DNA from: Corallococcus caeni
Lineage (GTDB): Bacteria > Myxococcota > Myxococcia > Myxococcales > Myxococcaceae
Reading direction: 5' to 3' (one strand)
NCBI RefSeq assembly: GCF_036245885.1
Contig: NZ_BTTX01000008.1
DNA length: 64,000 nucleotides
Numbering within the stretch: the stretch's first letter is position 1; each line of letters begins with the position of its first letter. Shown here in pieces: positions 7,705-16,454 of this stretch. Position numbers and translations under genes: made by a program. The notes beneath the pieces were generated by a model that had not been told where the DNA came from, did not search any database, and saw nothing but the letters and a program-made list of their open reading frames with translations.

Positions 7705-10155
7705 ATGGACGGACTTCGAGGAACAGCTGCGGTCTTGCTTGCTTGCGCGGGCCTGTGGGCTCCGGGCGCCGCGTGGGCGCAGGCGCCAGGTGAGGACGAC
7801 TCCGGCGACGTGATGTCGGAAGAGAAGCTGGAGGCCCTGCTCGACACGCCGACGGCGCAGCCCTCCCAGGACGAGGTGACGGCGGAGGCCTTCGGGCCGG
7901 AGCGGCTGGCGCCCTACTTCACCGACGGCCTGCTGGCGAAGGCGAAGGCGGAGTTCGACCGGGGCCGGTACAAGTCCGCGCGGGCGCTGCTCGCCACGGA
8001 GTCCCCCCCTTCCCTCCCCGGCCGCTTCCTCCAGGCCCAGAGCGCGTTCCTCGCGCGCGACTTCACCACCGCCGCCGCGGAGTTCACCGCGCTCGCGGAG
8101 GACTACGTCCCCTTGCGCGACCACTGCCTGATGCGGGCCGCGCAGTCGCATGAGCGGCTGCACAAGCCGCTGCGCGCGGCGGAGCAGTACGGCGCGGTGA
8201 GCCCGGGCTCCCCGCTCTACCCGGAGGCCCGCTTCACCATGGCGCGCGTGCTCAAGAAGCAGCTGCGCATCCCGGAGGCGCTGACCGCGCTCCAGGAGTT
8301 CATCGACAGCCGGCAGGCCCGCGGCCCGGACGCCCTCAGGATGAAGGCGCTGCTCGCGTACTGCGACCTGGCGCGCGCGGCGGGGCAGTACAACGCGGAG
8401 CACCGCGCGCTGCTGGAGGTCTGGGCCACCGCGCCGCTGTCCAGGGAGGCGGACCGCGCGCGCGCCATGCTGCGCGACCTGCCCCTGCCCATGAAGTGGC
8501 GCGTGCGCCGCGCGGAGGCGCTGGTGGAGCTGCACCAGAACGTCGCGGCCATGAACATGCTGGCCCGCTCAGGCCCCCGCACGGAGCTCCCGGATGAAAT
8601 GGCCTGCCGCGCCCAGCTCACCCTGGGCCGCGCCCTGCGCAAGGAGCGCCAGCACCGCCGCGCCATCCAGGTGCTGGAGCCCGTGGCGCACGAGTGCCAG
8701 TCGCCCGAGCAGCGGCCGCAGGCGCTCTACCTGCTCGCCTATTCGCAGTCGGTGGTGCAGCCGGAGGCCGCGGTGGACACCTACGCCACGCTGGCGCGCG
8801 ACTACCCGGAGCACGGCTACGCGGACGACGCGCTGTTCTTCGAGGCGTGGACGCAGCAGCGCCTGGGCCGCACGGACGAAGCGCTGCGCAACTACGAGGC
8901 GCTGGCGAAGCGCTACGCCGCCGGCAACTTCGCCGCCGAGGCCCTCTTCCGCGCCTTCTGGCTGCACCTGCGCCAGGGCGAGACGCAGCCGGGCCTGGCG
9001 TCGCTGATGGCGGTGGAGCAGCTGCCGGAGGCCGCGCGCACCGACGAGGCCCTGTGGCGCGCGCGCTACTGGCAGGCCCGGGTCCAGGAGAACGGCGGCG
9101 CGCTGGACGCGGCGCTCGCGCGCTACGAGCTCATCGCCACCGAGCGGCCCACGGCCTGGTACGGGCTGCTCTCCCGCACGCGGCTGGCGCGGCACGCGCC
9201 GGAGCGGCTGGCCCGGCTGACGGAGGCCGCCGCGCAGGCCGTCCCCGCGAAGACGCTGAACACCGCCGCGCCGGCCAACGACGAGGTCTGGCCCCTGCCC
9301 CCGGGCGCGCTCCAGAAGGATCCGCGCTTCGCGGCGGGCGTGGAGCTGTTGCGCCTGGGACAGCCGGGCGTGGTGGAGGAGCTGCTCGCGGTGGACACGC
9401 GCGGCCTGGCGGAGGCGCCCGCGCGGCTGCTCTACCAGACCATGCGCCGCACCGGCCGGGGCCGGGCCACGCGGCAGGTGGCCCGCGTGACGCTGCGCCA
9501 GGAGGCCGCGGGTCCCTTGAGCGCCGCGTCCCGCCCGGTGTGGGAGGCGACGTGGCCGCTCGCGTTCCGGCCGCTCATCCAGAGCTACTCGAAGGCCGCG
9601 CGCGTGGATCCGGACCTCTTGCAGGGCCTCATCCGCGAGGAGAGCCGGTTCAACCCGACCGCGCGCTCCTCCACCGGGGCGCTGGGGCTCGCGCAGCTCA
9701 TGCCCCAGACGGCGCAGCAGGTGGCGGACTCGCTCAAGCTGGCCTCGTTCGAGGTGTCGTCCCTGCTCCAGCCCGCGCAGAACATCCGGCTGGGCGCGGC
9801 GTACCTGGGCTCGCTGCTCAAGCACTTCGACGGCAACCCCGCCTACGCGGTGGCGGCCTACAACGCGGGCCCCGCGGCGGTGGAGCGCTGGCGCAAGGCC
9901 CTGCCCCAGGCGGAGCTGGACGAGTGGGTGGAGCACATCGCCTTCGACGAGACCCGCGACTACGTGAAGCGCGTGCTCAGCAGCTACAGCGCCTACAAGC
10001 TGCTCTACGCGAACGAAGTCCCGGCCTCCTTCGCGCCGGCGCGCAAGGCCCCGCTGGAGGCCACGCGCACGCCCACGGTGAGCCCCGCCACCGGCGTGGG
10101 CGGCAGCGGCCGCAACGTGGCGACGCCCACGTCCTCCGTCTCCGGAGGACGCTAG
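7705..10155 (+). CDS. Soluble lytic murein transglycosylase-like protein (Slt-domain C-terminus, superhelical TPR-like N-terminus)
   Basis: C-terminal lytic transglycosylase motifs LIREESRFNPTARSSTGALGLAQLMPQTA and AYNAGP. Signal peptide after the ATG at 7705 (MDGLRGTAAVLLACAGLWAPGAAWA). The ORF is open from 7183, but the upstream part is junk. Confidence 0.85.
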   Translation: MDGLRGTAAVLLACAGLWAPGAAWAQAPGEDDSGDVMSEEKLEALLDTPTAQPSQDEVTAEAFGPERLAPYFTDGLLAKAKAEFDRGRYKSARALLATESPPSLPGRFLQAQSAFLARDFTTAAAEFTALAEDYVPLRDHCLMRAAQSHERLHKPLRAAEQYGAVSPGSPLYPEARFTMARVLKKQLRIPEALTALQEFIDSRQARGPDALRMKALLAYCDLARAAGQYNAEHRALLEVWATAPLSREADRARAMLRDLPLPMKWRVRRAEALVELHQNVAAMNMLARSGPRTELPDEMACRAQLTLGRALRKERQHRRAIQVLEPVAHECQSPEQRPQALYLLAYSQSVVQPEAAVDTYATLARDYPEHGYADDALFFEAWTQQRLGRTDEALRNYEALAKRYAAGNFAAEALFRAFWLHLRQGETQPGLASLMAVEQLPEAARTDEALWRARYWQARVQENGGALDAALARYELIATERPTAWYGLLSRTRLARHAPERLARLTEAAAQAVPAKTLNTAAPANDEVWPLPPGALQKDPRFAAGVELLRLGQPGVVEELLAVDTRGLAEAPARLLYQTMRRTGRGRATRQVARVTLRQEAAGPLSAASRPVWEATWPLAFRPLIQSYSKAARVDPDLLQGLIREESRFNPTARSSTGALGLAQLMPQTAQQVADSLKLASFEVSSLLQPAQNIRLGAAYLGSLLKHFDGNPAYAVAAYNAGPAAVERWRKALPQAELDEWVEHIAFDETRDYVKRVLSSYSAYKLLYANEVPASFAPARKAPLEATRTPTVSPATGVGGSGRNVATPTSSVSGGR

Positions 10156-10208
10156 CGGCACGACGCCGGACGGGATGCACGAGCCCCCCGTCCGGCACGT
10201 CTTCCCTG

Positions 10209-11021
10209 CTACTTCACGCCCGTGGGCTGCGTGATGGACTCCGACCGGATGGTGTACTGGCCGGCGATGGCGTTCGTGTCGATGCCCGTGAAGTGACGGT
10301 ACGGGTACGCGCCATCCGCGATGACCTCGATGAACTCCACCGAGTCACCCGTGATGGACTTGCCGTTGAGGTCCACGGTGAAGGTGTTCTTCTCCGCGTC
10401 CAGGCGCCACACGCACGCGCCCACGTTCGTCTCCGCGGAGCCGGTGGACAGCCCGTCGATGTCGAAGTCGTTCAGGAAGAAGTGGTGCATCTCCGCCCAG
10501 CGGAGGAAGTCCCTGAAGTTGTGGAAGACGATCATCATCCCGGCCGGCTGCTGGGTGGAGCCCTGGAGCACGCCGCCCCGGTAGATGTTCATCCGGTACG
10601 CGGAGCCGCCCGGCGAGCCCGTGAACGTGGGCAGCATGTTGACGGAGTTCGCCTCACGGCCCGGGGTGACCCTCAGCGTGCTGACGACCTGATCCCCATC
10701 GCGCGCGGCCAGCTGGTAGCCGCCCTGCGCGCCCAGGCTCATCGCCACGCGCTGCTCCCACTTCACGGCCTGCGCGAAGCTGCTGGAGACGCCGTCCTTC
10801 TGCGTCAGCAGCCCCGACACCGCCAGCCCGTCCGCGACGGAGTCGACCTTCGCCTGGCCCAGCGCACACGTCGTGATGCCGTCGAACTTCTTCACACACT
10901 GGGACGCCGCGGACTCCTGCGCGCTCAGCGAACCGGCGGCCTGGCTGTCGTCGCCGCCCGCGCAACCCGTCATGCTCAACAGCAGGGATGCCAGCAGGGA
11001 ACCCGTCATCTTCAGGTGCAT
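10209..11021 (-). CDS. Putative lipoprotein, function unknown
   Basis: N-terminal signal peptide with lipobox LLSMTGC. Globular, protein-like composition. Confidence 0.55.
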   Translation of the reverse strand: MHLKMTGSLLASLLLSMTGCAGGDDSQAAGSLSAQESAASQCVKKFDGITTCALGQAKVDSVADGLAVSGLLTQKDGVSSSFAQAVKWEQRVAMSLGAQGGYQLAARDGDQVVSTLRVTPGREANSVNMLPTFTGSPGGSAYRMNIYRGGVLQGSTQQPAGMMIVFHNFRDFLRWAEMHHFFLNDFDIDGLSTGSAETNVGACVWRLDAEKNTFTVDLNGKSITGDSVEFIEVIADGAYPYRHFTGIDTNAIAGQYTIRSESITQPTGVK

Positions 11022-11139
11022 GCACTACCTCTTGGTGTGGGGGTGGACTGCCCGCGGCCCCACTGCACCCCGCGCGCCAACACCTGAAGTCCGTCTGTTT
11101 TCACTCTTGCAATTCATTGCATGAGAAAACAAGAGTAGC

Positions 11140-11158
11140 GTTTCATGTTACATGAAAC
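11140..11158. promoter_or_regulatory. Perfect 19-bp palindrome GTTTCATGT-T-ACATGAAAC in an AT-rich island (candidate operator)
   Basis: Seen directly. Lies in the divergent intergenic region between the lipoprotein gene (start 11021, minus) and the M28 peptidase gene (start 11343, plus). Local GC drops sharply around 11100-11170. Confidence 0.4.
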
Positions 11159-11342
11159 ATGCGCCGTGTGACGGTCCCGGTCTCACGCGGAGCGGCAGGG
11201 CGTCTCACGCGCGGGCGTGCTCGTGAAACCTGGATTCAGGGAATGAGCCGCGCGCGGGCGGAACTTTGCCGTGGCGCACAACTCCTGACCGGGGCGGTCG
11301 GATAATCTGGGGAGCGCGGTTCCTCCCCCGGACTCCCCCACC

Positions 11343-12749
11343 ATGGCCTCGAAGATCAACGACAGCTCGCGTCCCCTCACCTCCGTCTCGCGGCTGTCGT
11401 CGCAGGACGCCCGGAGCGCGGAGGCGAAGACGCGCAACCGCCCCATCGCGTGGAAGGACGGCTTCGAGTCCTCCGGCGCGCGCCCCGGCTCCAAGCTGCC
11501 GCAGCTGCCGGCGCCGCCGCCGGTGCTGTCGCTGCCGCCGCCCGCCACCACGACGCCGGTGCCGCCGGAGGCCCCCACCGAGCCGCCCGTGTCCGACGAC
11601 TCGGATCCGATGAAGCACATCGAGTACCTGGCGTCGGACGCGCTGCAGGGGCGTGACAGCCCCTCCGCGGGCCTGGACGCGGCTTCCGCCTACGTGCAGG
11701 CGCACGCGGAGAAGTACGGGCTCGTGGGGCCGAACTCCAACAACCCGGAGAACCCCTTCCAGCAGAAGTTCAACGTCTACTCCTGGCTGGGCGCGGACAA
11801 GGCCGGCGAGGCGGCGGGCGCGGCCCATGCCGGACATGCCGAGCACAAGCAGTTCGGCCACGAGACGTTCCAGGAGGGCTTCTACCTGGACGAGAAGATG
11901 CCCAAGGACACGCTGAAGCTGCTCAACCAGCAGTACGAGCAGACGATGAAGGCGGCGGGCCAGAGCGCCGTCCCGGCGCGCTCCGGCAAGCAGCGCGGCG
12001 TGGAGGAACTCAAGCAGGTGGCCACCGCCACGGGCCAGGCCGTGAACACGATGGCCATGCTGCCCGGCACCGGCCCGCACAAGGACGAGGTGATTGTCGT
12101 GATGGCACACCTGGACCACGTGGGCGTGGACCGCAAGGGCAACGCCTACAACGGCGCGGACGACAACGCGTCCGGCAGCGCGGTGCTGATGGCGGCGGTG
12201 CCGGAGCTGGCGGAGGCCGCGAAGAACGGCAAGCTGGACCGCTCCGTGCTGTTCGTCTGGACGGGCGCGGAGGAGAAGGGGCTGGTGGGTTCGCAGTACT
12301 TCGTGGACCACCCCATCCCCGGCGTGGAGCTGAAGAACATCGCCGGCGTCATCAACACGGACATGGTGGGCCGCTGGGATGATCAGCGCCTGTCCGTGGT
12401 GGACACCAACACCAAGGGCCAGCCCAACTACTTCCGCGACGTGGTGGACCAGGCGAACCAGCAGCTGGCGGATCCGTTCGACCGCATCAACCGCGACATC
12501 AACGTCTACCGCGACCGCCAGGACGGCGCGTCCTTCGGGCGCAAGGGCGAGGACGTCCTCTTTCTCTTCGAGGGCCTGTCCAACCCCGAGGGCGGCGGCG
12601 ACCTCATCCCCGAGTACCACCGGCAGGATGACGACATCGAGAAGATCATCGAGGACAACGGCGGCAACAAGCCCCGCCGCGTGAAGGACCTGCTGCTCAA
12701 CGTCATCAACATCGCGGCGAACCGCACGACGGAGCCGCAGCCGAAGTAG
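11343..12749 (+). CDS. M28-family zinc metallopeptidase (aminopeptidase)
   Basis: Zn-ligand motifs HLDHVG and GADDNASG, and TDMVG. The N-terminal ~110 aa are low-complexity and Pro-rich. Confidence 0.85.
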   Translation: MASKINDSSRPLTSVSRLSSQDARSAEAKTRNRPIAWKDGFESSGARPGSKLPQLPAPPPVLSLPPPATTTPVPPEAPTEPPVSDDSDPMKHIEYLASDALQGRDSPSAGLDAASAYVQAHAEKYGLVGPNSNNPENPFQQKFNVYSWLGADKAGEAAGAAHAGHAEHKQFGHETFQEGFYLDEKMPKDTLKLLNQQYEQTMKAAGQSAVPARSGKQRGVEELKQVATATGQAVNTMAMLPGTGPHKDEVIVVMAHLDHVGVDRKGNAYNGADDNASGSAVLMAAVPELAEAAKNGKLDRSVLFVWTGAEEKGLVGSQYFVDHPIPGVELKNIAGVINTDMVGRWDDQRLSVVDTNTKGQPNYFRDVVDQANQQLADPFDRINRDINVYRDRQDGASFGRKGEDVLFLFEGLSNPEGGGDLIPEYHRQDDDIEKIIEDNGGNKPRRVKDLLLNVINIAANRTTEPQPK

Positions 12750-12760
12750 CGCGGCGCACT

Positions 12761-12785
12761 CGGCCGGAAGCCCTGCTTCCGGCCG
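12761..12785. terminator. Bidirectional hairpin between convergent genes (CGGCCGGAAG-CCCTG-CTTCCGGCCG)
   Basis: 10-bp perfect stem with a 5-nt loop, 12 bp after the M28 stop and about 25 bp after the desaturase stop. Confidence 0.5.
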
Positions 12786-12810
12786 AAGCGTTCCCGGGAA
12801 CGCCGGACCG

Positions 12811-13695
12811 CTAGGCGGCCAGCTTCTCCCCGCCGTCGGCCACGGGCCCGCCGGCGAGCGTTTCGACCTCGTGCTCGCTCAGCACGAGCTTCTCCTCGGA
12901 GCCGCGCCAGACGAACGGGATGCCCGGCTGACGGTAGAGGTTCGCGGGGATGTCCCGCGCCAGCTGCGCGTGCAGCTCCGGCAGCTTCGACCAGTGCAGC
13001 CCGTGCCGCGTGTGGTGCGCGGTGTGGTAGCCCAGGTTGCCCGTCATCAGGTTGTAGCCCCTGTGGAGGATGTTGTACGAGGCCTCCGAGTGGTTGGCGG
13101 TGTCCAGGCCCACGTGGTGGAAGTAGGTGGCCCAGACCGTCACGTAGAGCGACGCCGCCATGGGCAAGAGGAACACGAACAGCGCGTTGTAGGGGTTCAC
13201 CCAGAACAGGCCCGCCAGCAGCACCAGCTGGAGCGCGGCCATCCACACGAACACGCGCAGCGCCTTGGGGTGCTGCTTCCTGCCCACCTGGAACGCGCGC
13301 GGGTACGCCGTCAGCGCCGTGCTCAGCGAGTACTCCAGCTCCGCCATCGTCGAGCCGTCGTCCCGCTTCCAGCGCGACTCGTCCTGCGTCTGGTCCAGGT
13401 AGTTCTTGTGGTGGCCCAGCACGTGGTGGAGGAACCACGCCTGCGACGTCACGCCCGTCTGGAAGCCGAAGACGATCTCCAACAGGCGGTTGGGCAGCGC
13501 GTGCTTGAAGAAGGACAGGTGCTGGTGGTGGTGGTTCCACGAGCAGATCCACCCCTTGGGGATGATGCCCAGCCCGAACCACAGCACCGGCACCCACCAG
13601 CTTCGCGCCGTGAGGAACACCGTCATGTCGAGCGCGAACAGACTCAGGAACATCAGGACCGGGATGCGATCTTCGGGGTGCCGGAACAGGGTCAT
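12811..13695 (-). CDS. Membrane fatty-acid desaturase (di-iron, three His-box)
   Basis: His boxes HHHQH, HHVLGHH and HTAHHTRH plus TM segments. The start is taken at the ATG at 13695 (MTLFRHPEDRIP), which has GGAAGG upstream. The ORF is open to 13794. Confidence 0.85.
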   Translation of the reverse strand: MTLFRHPEDRIPVLMFLSLFALDMTVFLTARSWWVPVLWFGLGIIPKGWICSWNHHHQHLSFFKHALPNRLLEIVFGFQTGVTSQAWFLHHVLGHHKNYLDQTQDESRWKRDDGSTMAELEYSLSTALTAYPRAFQVGRKQHPKALRVFVWMAALQLVLLAGLFWVNPYNALFVFLLPMAASLYVTVWATYFHHVGLDTANHSEASYNILHRGYNLMTGNLGYHTAHHTRHGLHWSKLPELHAQLARDIPANLYRQPGIPFVWRGSEEKLVLSEHEVETLAGGPVADGGEKLAA

Positions 13696-13918
13696 GCGCC
13701 TTCCACGACAAGAGGAATCAGGGGAGAAATGCCGATTTTCGGACTGTAGGACGGCACCCCCCACCCCGAACAGCCCACCCACGCCTGCCTGCACGTTCCA
13801 TACTGACGGTAAACAACGTAGTCTCGTTGAACTTGTCTTTCTTTTATTCCAAGAATCTCAGCACTGCCTTGTGATAAACGCCGACCCAGCCCTTTTGGAC
13901 CTCAACCTGGAGGCGGCA

Positions 13919-14581
13919 ATGCGGAACCAGACCATCGAGGCGGCGCTCGCGAAGAACCCCCACCGTGAGCAGCTCATCAAGCATCGTTTCTTCGAGGTGG
14001 TGGACGAGAAGGCCTTCAGCCACGATCAGGCGGAGATGGTGCTGGGTCAGTGGTGGCACCCCCTGCACTACTTCCCCAACTTCCTGAGCAAGCTCATCGC
14101 CGTCTGTCCGCAGATGGAGATGAAGACGGCGGTGACCCACATCCTGAACCAGGAGGTGGGCGAGGGAGACCCGGCGCGCGCGCACGAGCGCTTCTTCATC
14201 CAGACGATGACGGACGCGGGCTTCACGAAGGCGGGCGTGTCGGAGGCGGACATGACGCCCGCCACGCGCCGGCTCATCGACGGCTACCAGCGCTCCACGG
14301 AGAGCCACCTCACCGGCCTGGGCTTCCTCTACGGCACGGAGGTGGCGGACCTCACCATGGTGGCCAAGCTGGGCAAGCTGGTGCGCCGCACCACGGGCCT
14401 CAAGTCCCTGCCCTGGGTGGACATCCACGTGAAGCAGGAGCCGGACCACGTGGAGACGGCCGGCCACACGGTGGGGCTCCAGTACACCGACGAGGAGCTG
14501 GCCACCATCACCCGCGGCGCCGAGGAGATGTGGCAGCTGTGGGTGGGGTTCTTCGAGGAGCTGCGCAACCGCGTCGTCTGA
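13919..14581 (+). CDS. Heme-oxygenase-like 'iron-containing redox enzyme' family protein (PqqC/TenA/CADD/UndA-like di-metal oxidase fold)
   Basis: The pattern FFEVVDEKAFSHDQAEMVLGQWWHPLHYFPNFLSKLIAVCP...ILNQEVGEG...AHERFF matches the Haem_oxygenas_2-type family, with E...H metal ligands. The ATG at 13919 has GGAGG at -7. The ORF is open from 13406, overlapping the desaturase gene in another frame. Confidence 0.6.
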   Translation: MRNQTIEAALAKNPHREQLIKHRFFEVVDEKAFSHDQAEMVLGQWWHPLHYFPNFLSKLIAVCPQMEMKTAVTHILNQEVGEGDPARAHERFFIQTMTDAGFTKAGVSEADMTPATRRLIDGYQRSTESHLTGLGFLYGTEVADLTMVAKLGKLVRRTTGLKSLPWVDIHVKQEPDHVETAGHTVGLQYTDEELATITRGAEEMWQLWVGFFEELRNRVV

Positions 14582-14755
14582 GCGGCCCCTTGCGTCAAGC
14601 GCAACCCCCTGGAATCCGTACGTTTTTGCACGGAAGACTGGCGAATCTCTCCAGGTAGGGTAGTCACTCCCCGCGTCACGGGAGCGTCACACCCAAGCGC
14701 CACCGACCTCCCGCGGCGGACCGCGCCTGTCCCTCCAGGCGCCGAGGGAGATCCC

Positions 14756-15382
14756 ATGCTCGAAAAGCTGATGCCGAAGTCGGACGAGTTCTTCGACGAC
14801 TTCGACGCGCAATGCGCGAGGACCGTCGAGGGAGCGAAGCTCCTGCACGAGCTCCTGGCGGACTACCGGGACGTGCCCACGCGCGTCCAGGCGCTCAAGG
14901 ACGTGGAGCACCGGGGCGACGAGGTCACCCACGCGGCCTTCAACCGCCTCCACCAGCAGTTCATCACCCCGTTCGACCGGGCGCAGATCCACACGCTCCT
15001 GTCGCGCATCGACGACGTGCTGGACCTGACCAACGCGGCGGCGGCGCGCCTGCTGTATTACGAGATTGAATCCAGCCGGCCGGACGCCACGGAGCTGGCG
15101 CGACTGCTGGTGCTCTCCACGCAGAAGGTGCAGGAGGTCGTCGCGGCGCTGCGGCTCATCAAGAAGCCGGAGCAGATCCTCGCGGGCTGCAAGGAGATCA
15201 AGCACCTGGAGTCCCAGGCGGATGAGGTCCTGCGCGCGGGCATGGGCCGGCTGTTCAAGAGCGGCGTGGATACCCTGACCATCATCAAGTGGAAGGAGAT
15301 CCTCGACCTCATCGAGACGGCCACCGACAAGTGCCAGGGCGTGGCCAACGTCATCGAAGGCGTCGTGCTGGAGCACTCCTGA
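14756..15382 (+). CDS. DUF47-family protein (PhoU-like accessory protein of PiT phosphate transporters)
   Basis: ~208-aa helical protein. Its stop lies 1 bp before the PiT transporter start, the conserved DUF47-PitA gene pairing. Confidence 0.75.
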   Translation: MLEKLMPKSDEFFDDFDAQCARTVEGAKLLHELLADYRDVPTRVQALKDVEHRGDEVTHAAFNRLHQQFITPFDRAQIHTLLSRIDDVLDLTNAAAARLLYYEIESSRPDATELARLLVLSTQKVQEVVAALRLIKKPEQILAGCKEIKHLESQADEVLRAGMGRLFKSGVDTLTIIKWKEILDLIETATDKCQGVANVIEGVVLEHS

Positions 15383-15383
15383 G

Positions 15384-16409
15384 ATGCTGCTCGCCGCGGT
15401 CGTCCTCATCGTCATCGTCGCGCTCGTCTTCGACTTCATCAACGGCTTCCACGACGCGGCGAACTCCATCGCCACCGTGGTGTCCACGCGCGTGCTGTCG
15501 CCGAACCTGGCGGTGGCGTGGGCCGCGTTCTTCAACTTCGTGGCGGCCTTCGCGGGCGGCGTGCACGTGGCCAACACCATGGGCAAGGGCATCATCAACT
15601 TCGAGATGCTCCGCGCGGCCGGCCCCACCGCGGTGCTGATGGTCATCTTCTCCGCGCTCATCGGTGCCATCGCGTGGAACCTGCTCACGTGGTGGTGGGG
15701 GCTTCCCTCGTCGTCGTCGCACGCGCTGGCCGGTGGGATGATTGGCGCCACGCTGCCGGTGCTGGGATTCCAGGGGCTGGTGGGCAGCGGCATCGCGCGC
15801 ATCGCGGCCTTCATCGTGCTGTCGCCGCTCATCGGCATGACGCTGGGCATCGCGATGATGGTGGCCAGCACCTGGGCGGTGCATCGTCAGACGCCGCTGC
15901 GCGTGGACACCTGGTTCCGCCGGCTGCAGCTGGTGTCGTCCGCCATCTTCTCCTTCAGCCACGGCACCAACGACGCGCAGAAGGTCATGGGCATCATCGC
16001 GGTGGTGCTCTTCGGCACCATCTGGCGCGACCGCCCGTTCCACATCGACTGGTGGATGATCATCTCCTGCCACGCGGCCATCGCCATGGGCACGTTCTTC
16101 GGCGGCTGGCGCATCATCCGCACCATGGGCCACAGCCTCACGAAGCTGGCGCCCATTGGCGGCTTCAGCGCGGAGACGGGCGGCGGCGTCACCATCATCG
16201 CGCTGGCGGAGCTGGGCATCCCCGTCTCCACCACGCACACCATCACCGGCGCCATCGTCGGCGTGGGGTCCACGCGCGGCTGGCGCGCCGTGAAGTGGGG
16301 CACCGCGGGCCGCATCATCTGGGCGTGGGTGTTCACCATCCCCGCCGCCGCGCTGGTGTCCGTCATCGTCTACGGACTCACGCTGGTGGTGGTGCGGCTG
16401 GTGGGCTGA
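15384..16409 (+). CDS. pitA: Inorganic phosphate transporter, PiT family
   Basis: Two PiT signature repeats (GFHDAANSIATVVSTRVL and HGTNDAQKVMGII) in a polytopic membrane protein of 341 aa. Confidence 0.9.
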   Translation: MLLAAVVLIVIVALVFDFINGFHDAANSIATVVSTRVLSPNLAVAWAAFFNFVAAFAGGVHVANTMGKGIINFEMLRAAGPTAVLMVIFSALIGAIAWNLLTWWWGLPSSSSHALAGGMIGATLPVLGFQGLVGSGIARIAAFIVLSPLIGMTLGIAMMVASTWAVHRQTPLRVDTWFRRLQLVSSAIFSFSHGTNDAQKVMGIIAVVLFGTIWRDRPFHIDWWMIISCHAAIAMGTFFGGWRIIRTMGHSLTKLAPIGGFSAETGGGVTIIALAELGIPVSTTHTITGAIVGVGSTRGWRAVKWGTAGRIIWAWVFTIPAAALVSVIVYGLTLVVVRLVG

Positions 16410-16420
16410 GACACGCCCGG

Positions 16421-16442
16421 GCGCGGGGGAGGCCCCCCGCGC
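16421..16442. terminator. GC-rich hairpin (GCGCGGGGG-AGGC-CCCCCGCGC) between convergent pitA and a membrane-protein gene
   Basis: 9-bp stem about 12 bp after the pitA stop. No T-tract. Confidence 0.4.
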
Positions 16443-16454
16443 CACGGCCCTCCC

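Noticed and set aside
14582-14755. Small hairpins (TTGCG-TCAAG-CGCAA; CCGTACG-TTTTT-GCACGG) and a GTCAC-N6-GTCAC direct repeat between the HDO gene and the DUF47 gene
   Set aside because: Stems of 5-6 bp with mismatches, and the T-run lies in the loop rather than 3' of the stem. Too weak to call a terminator or operator.
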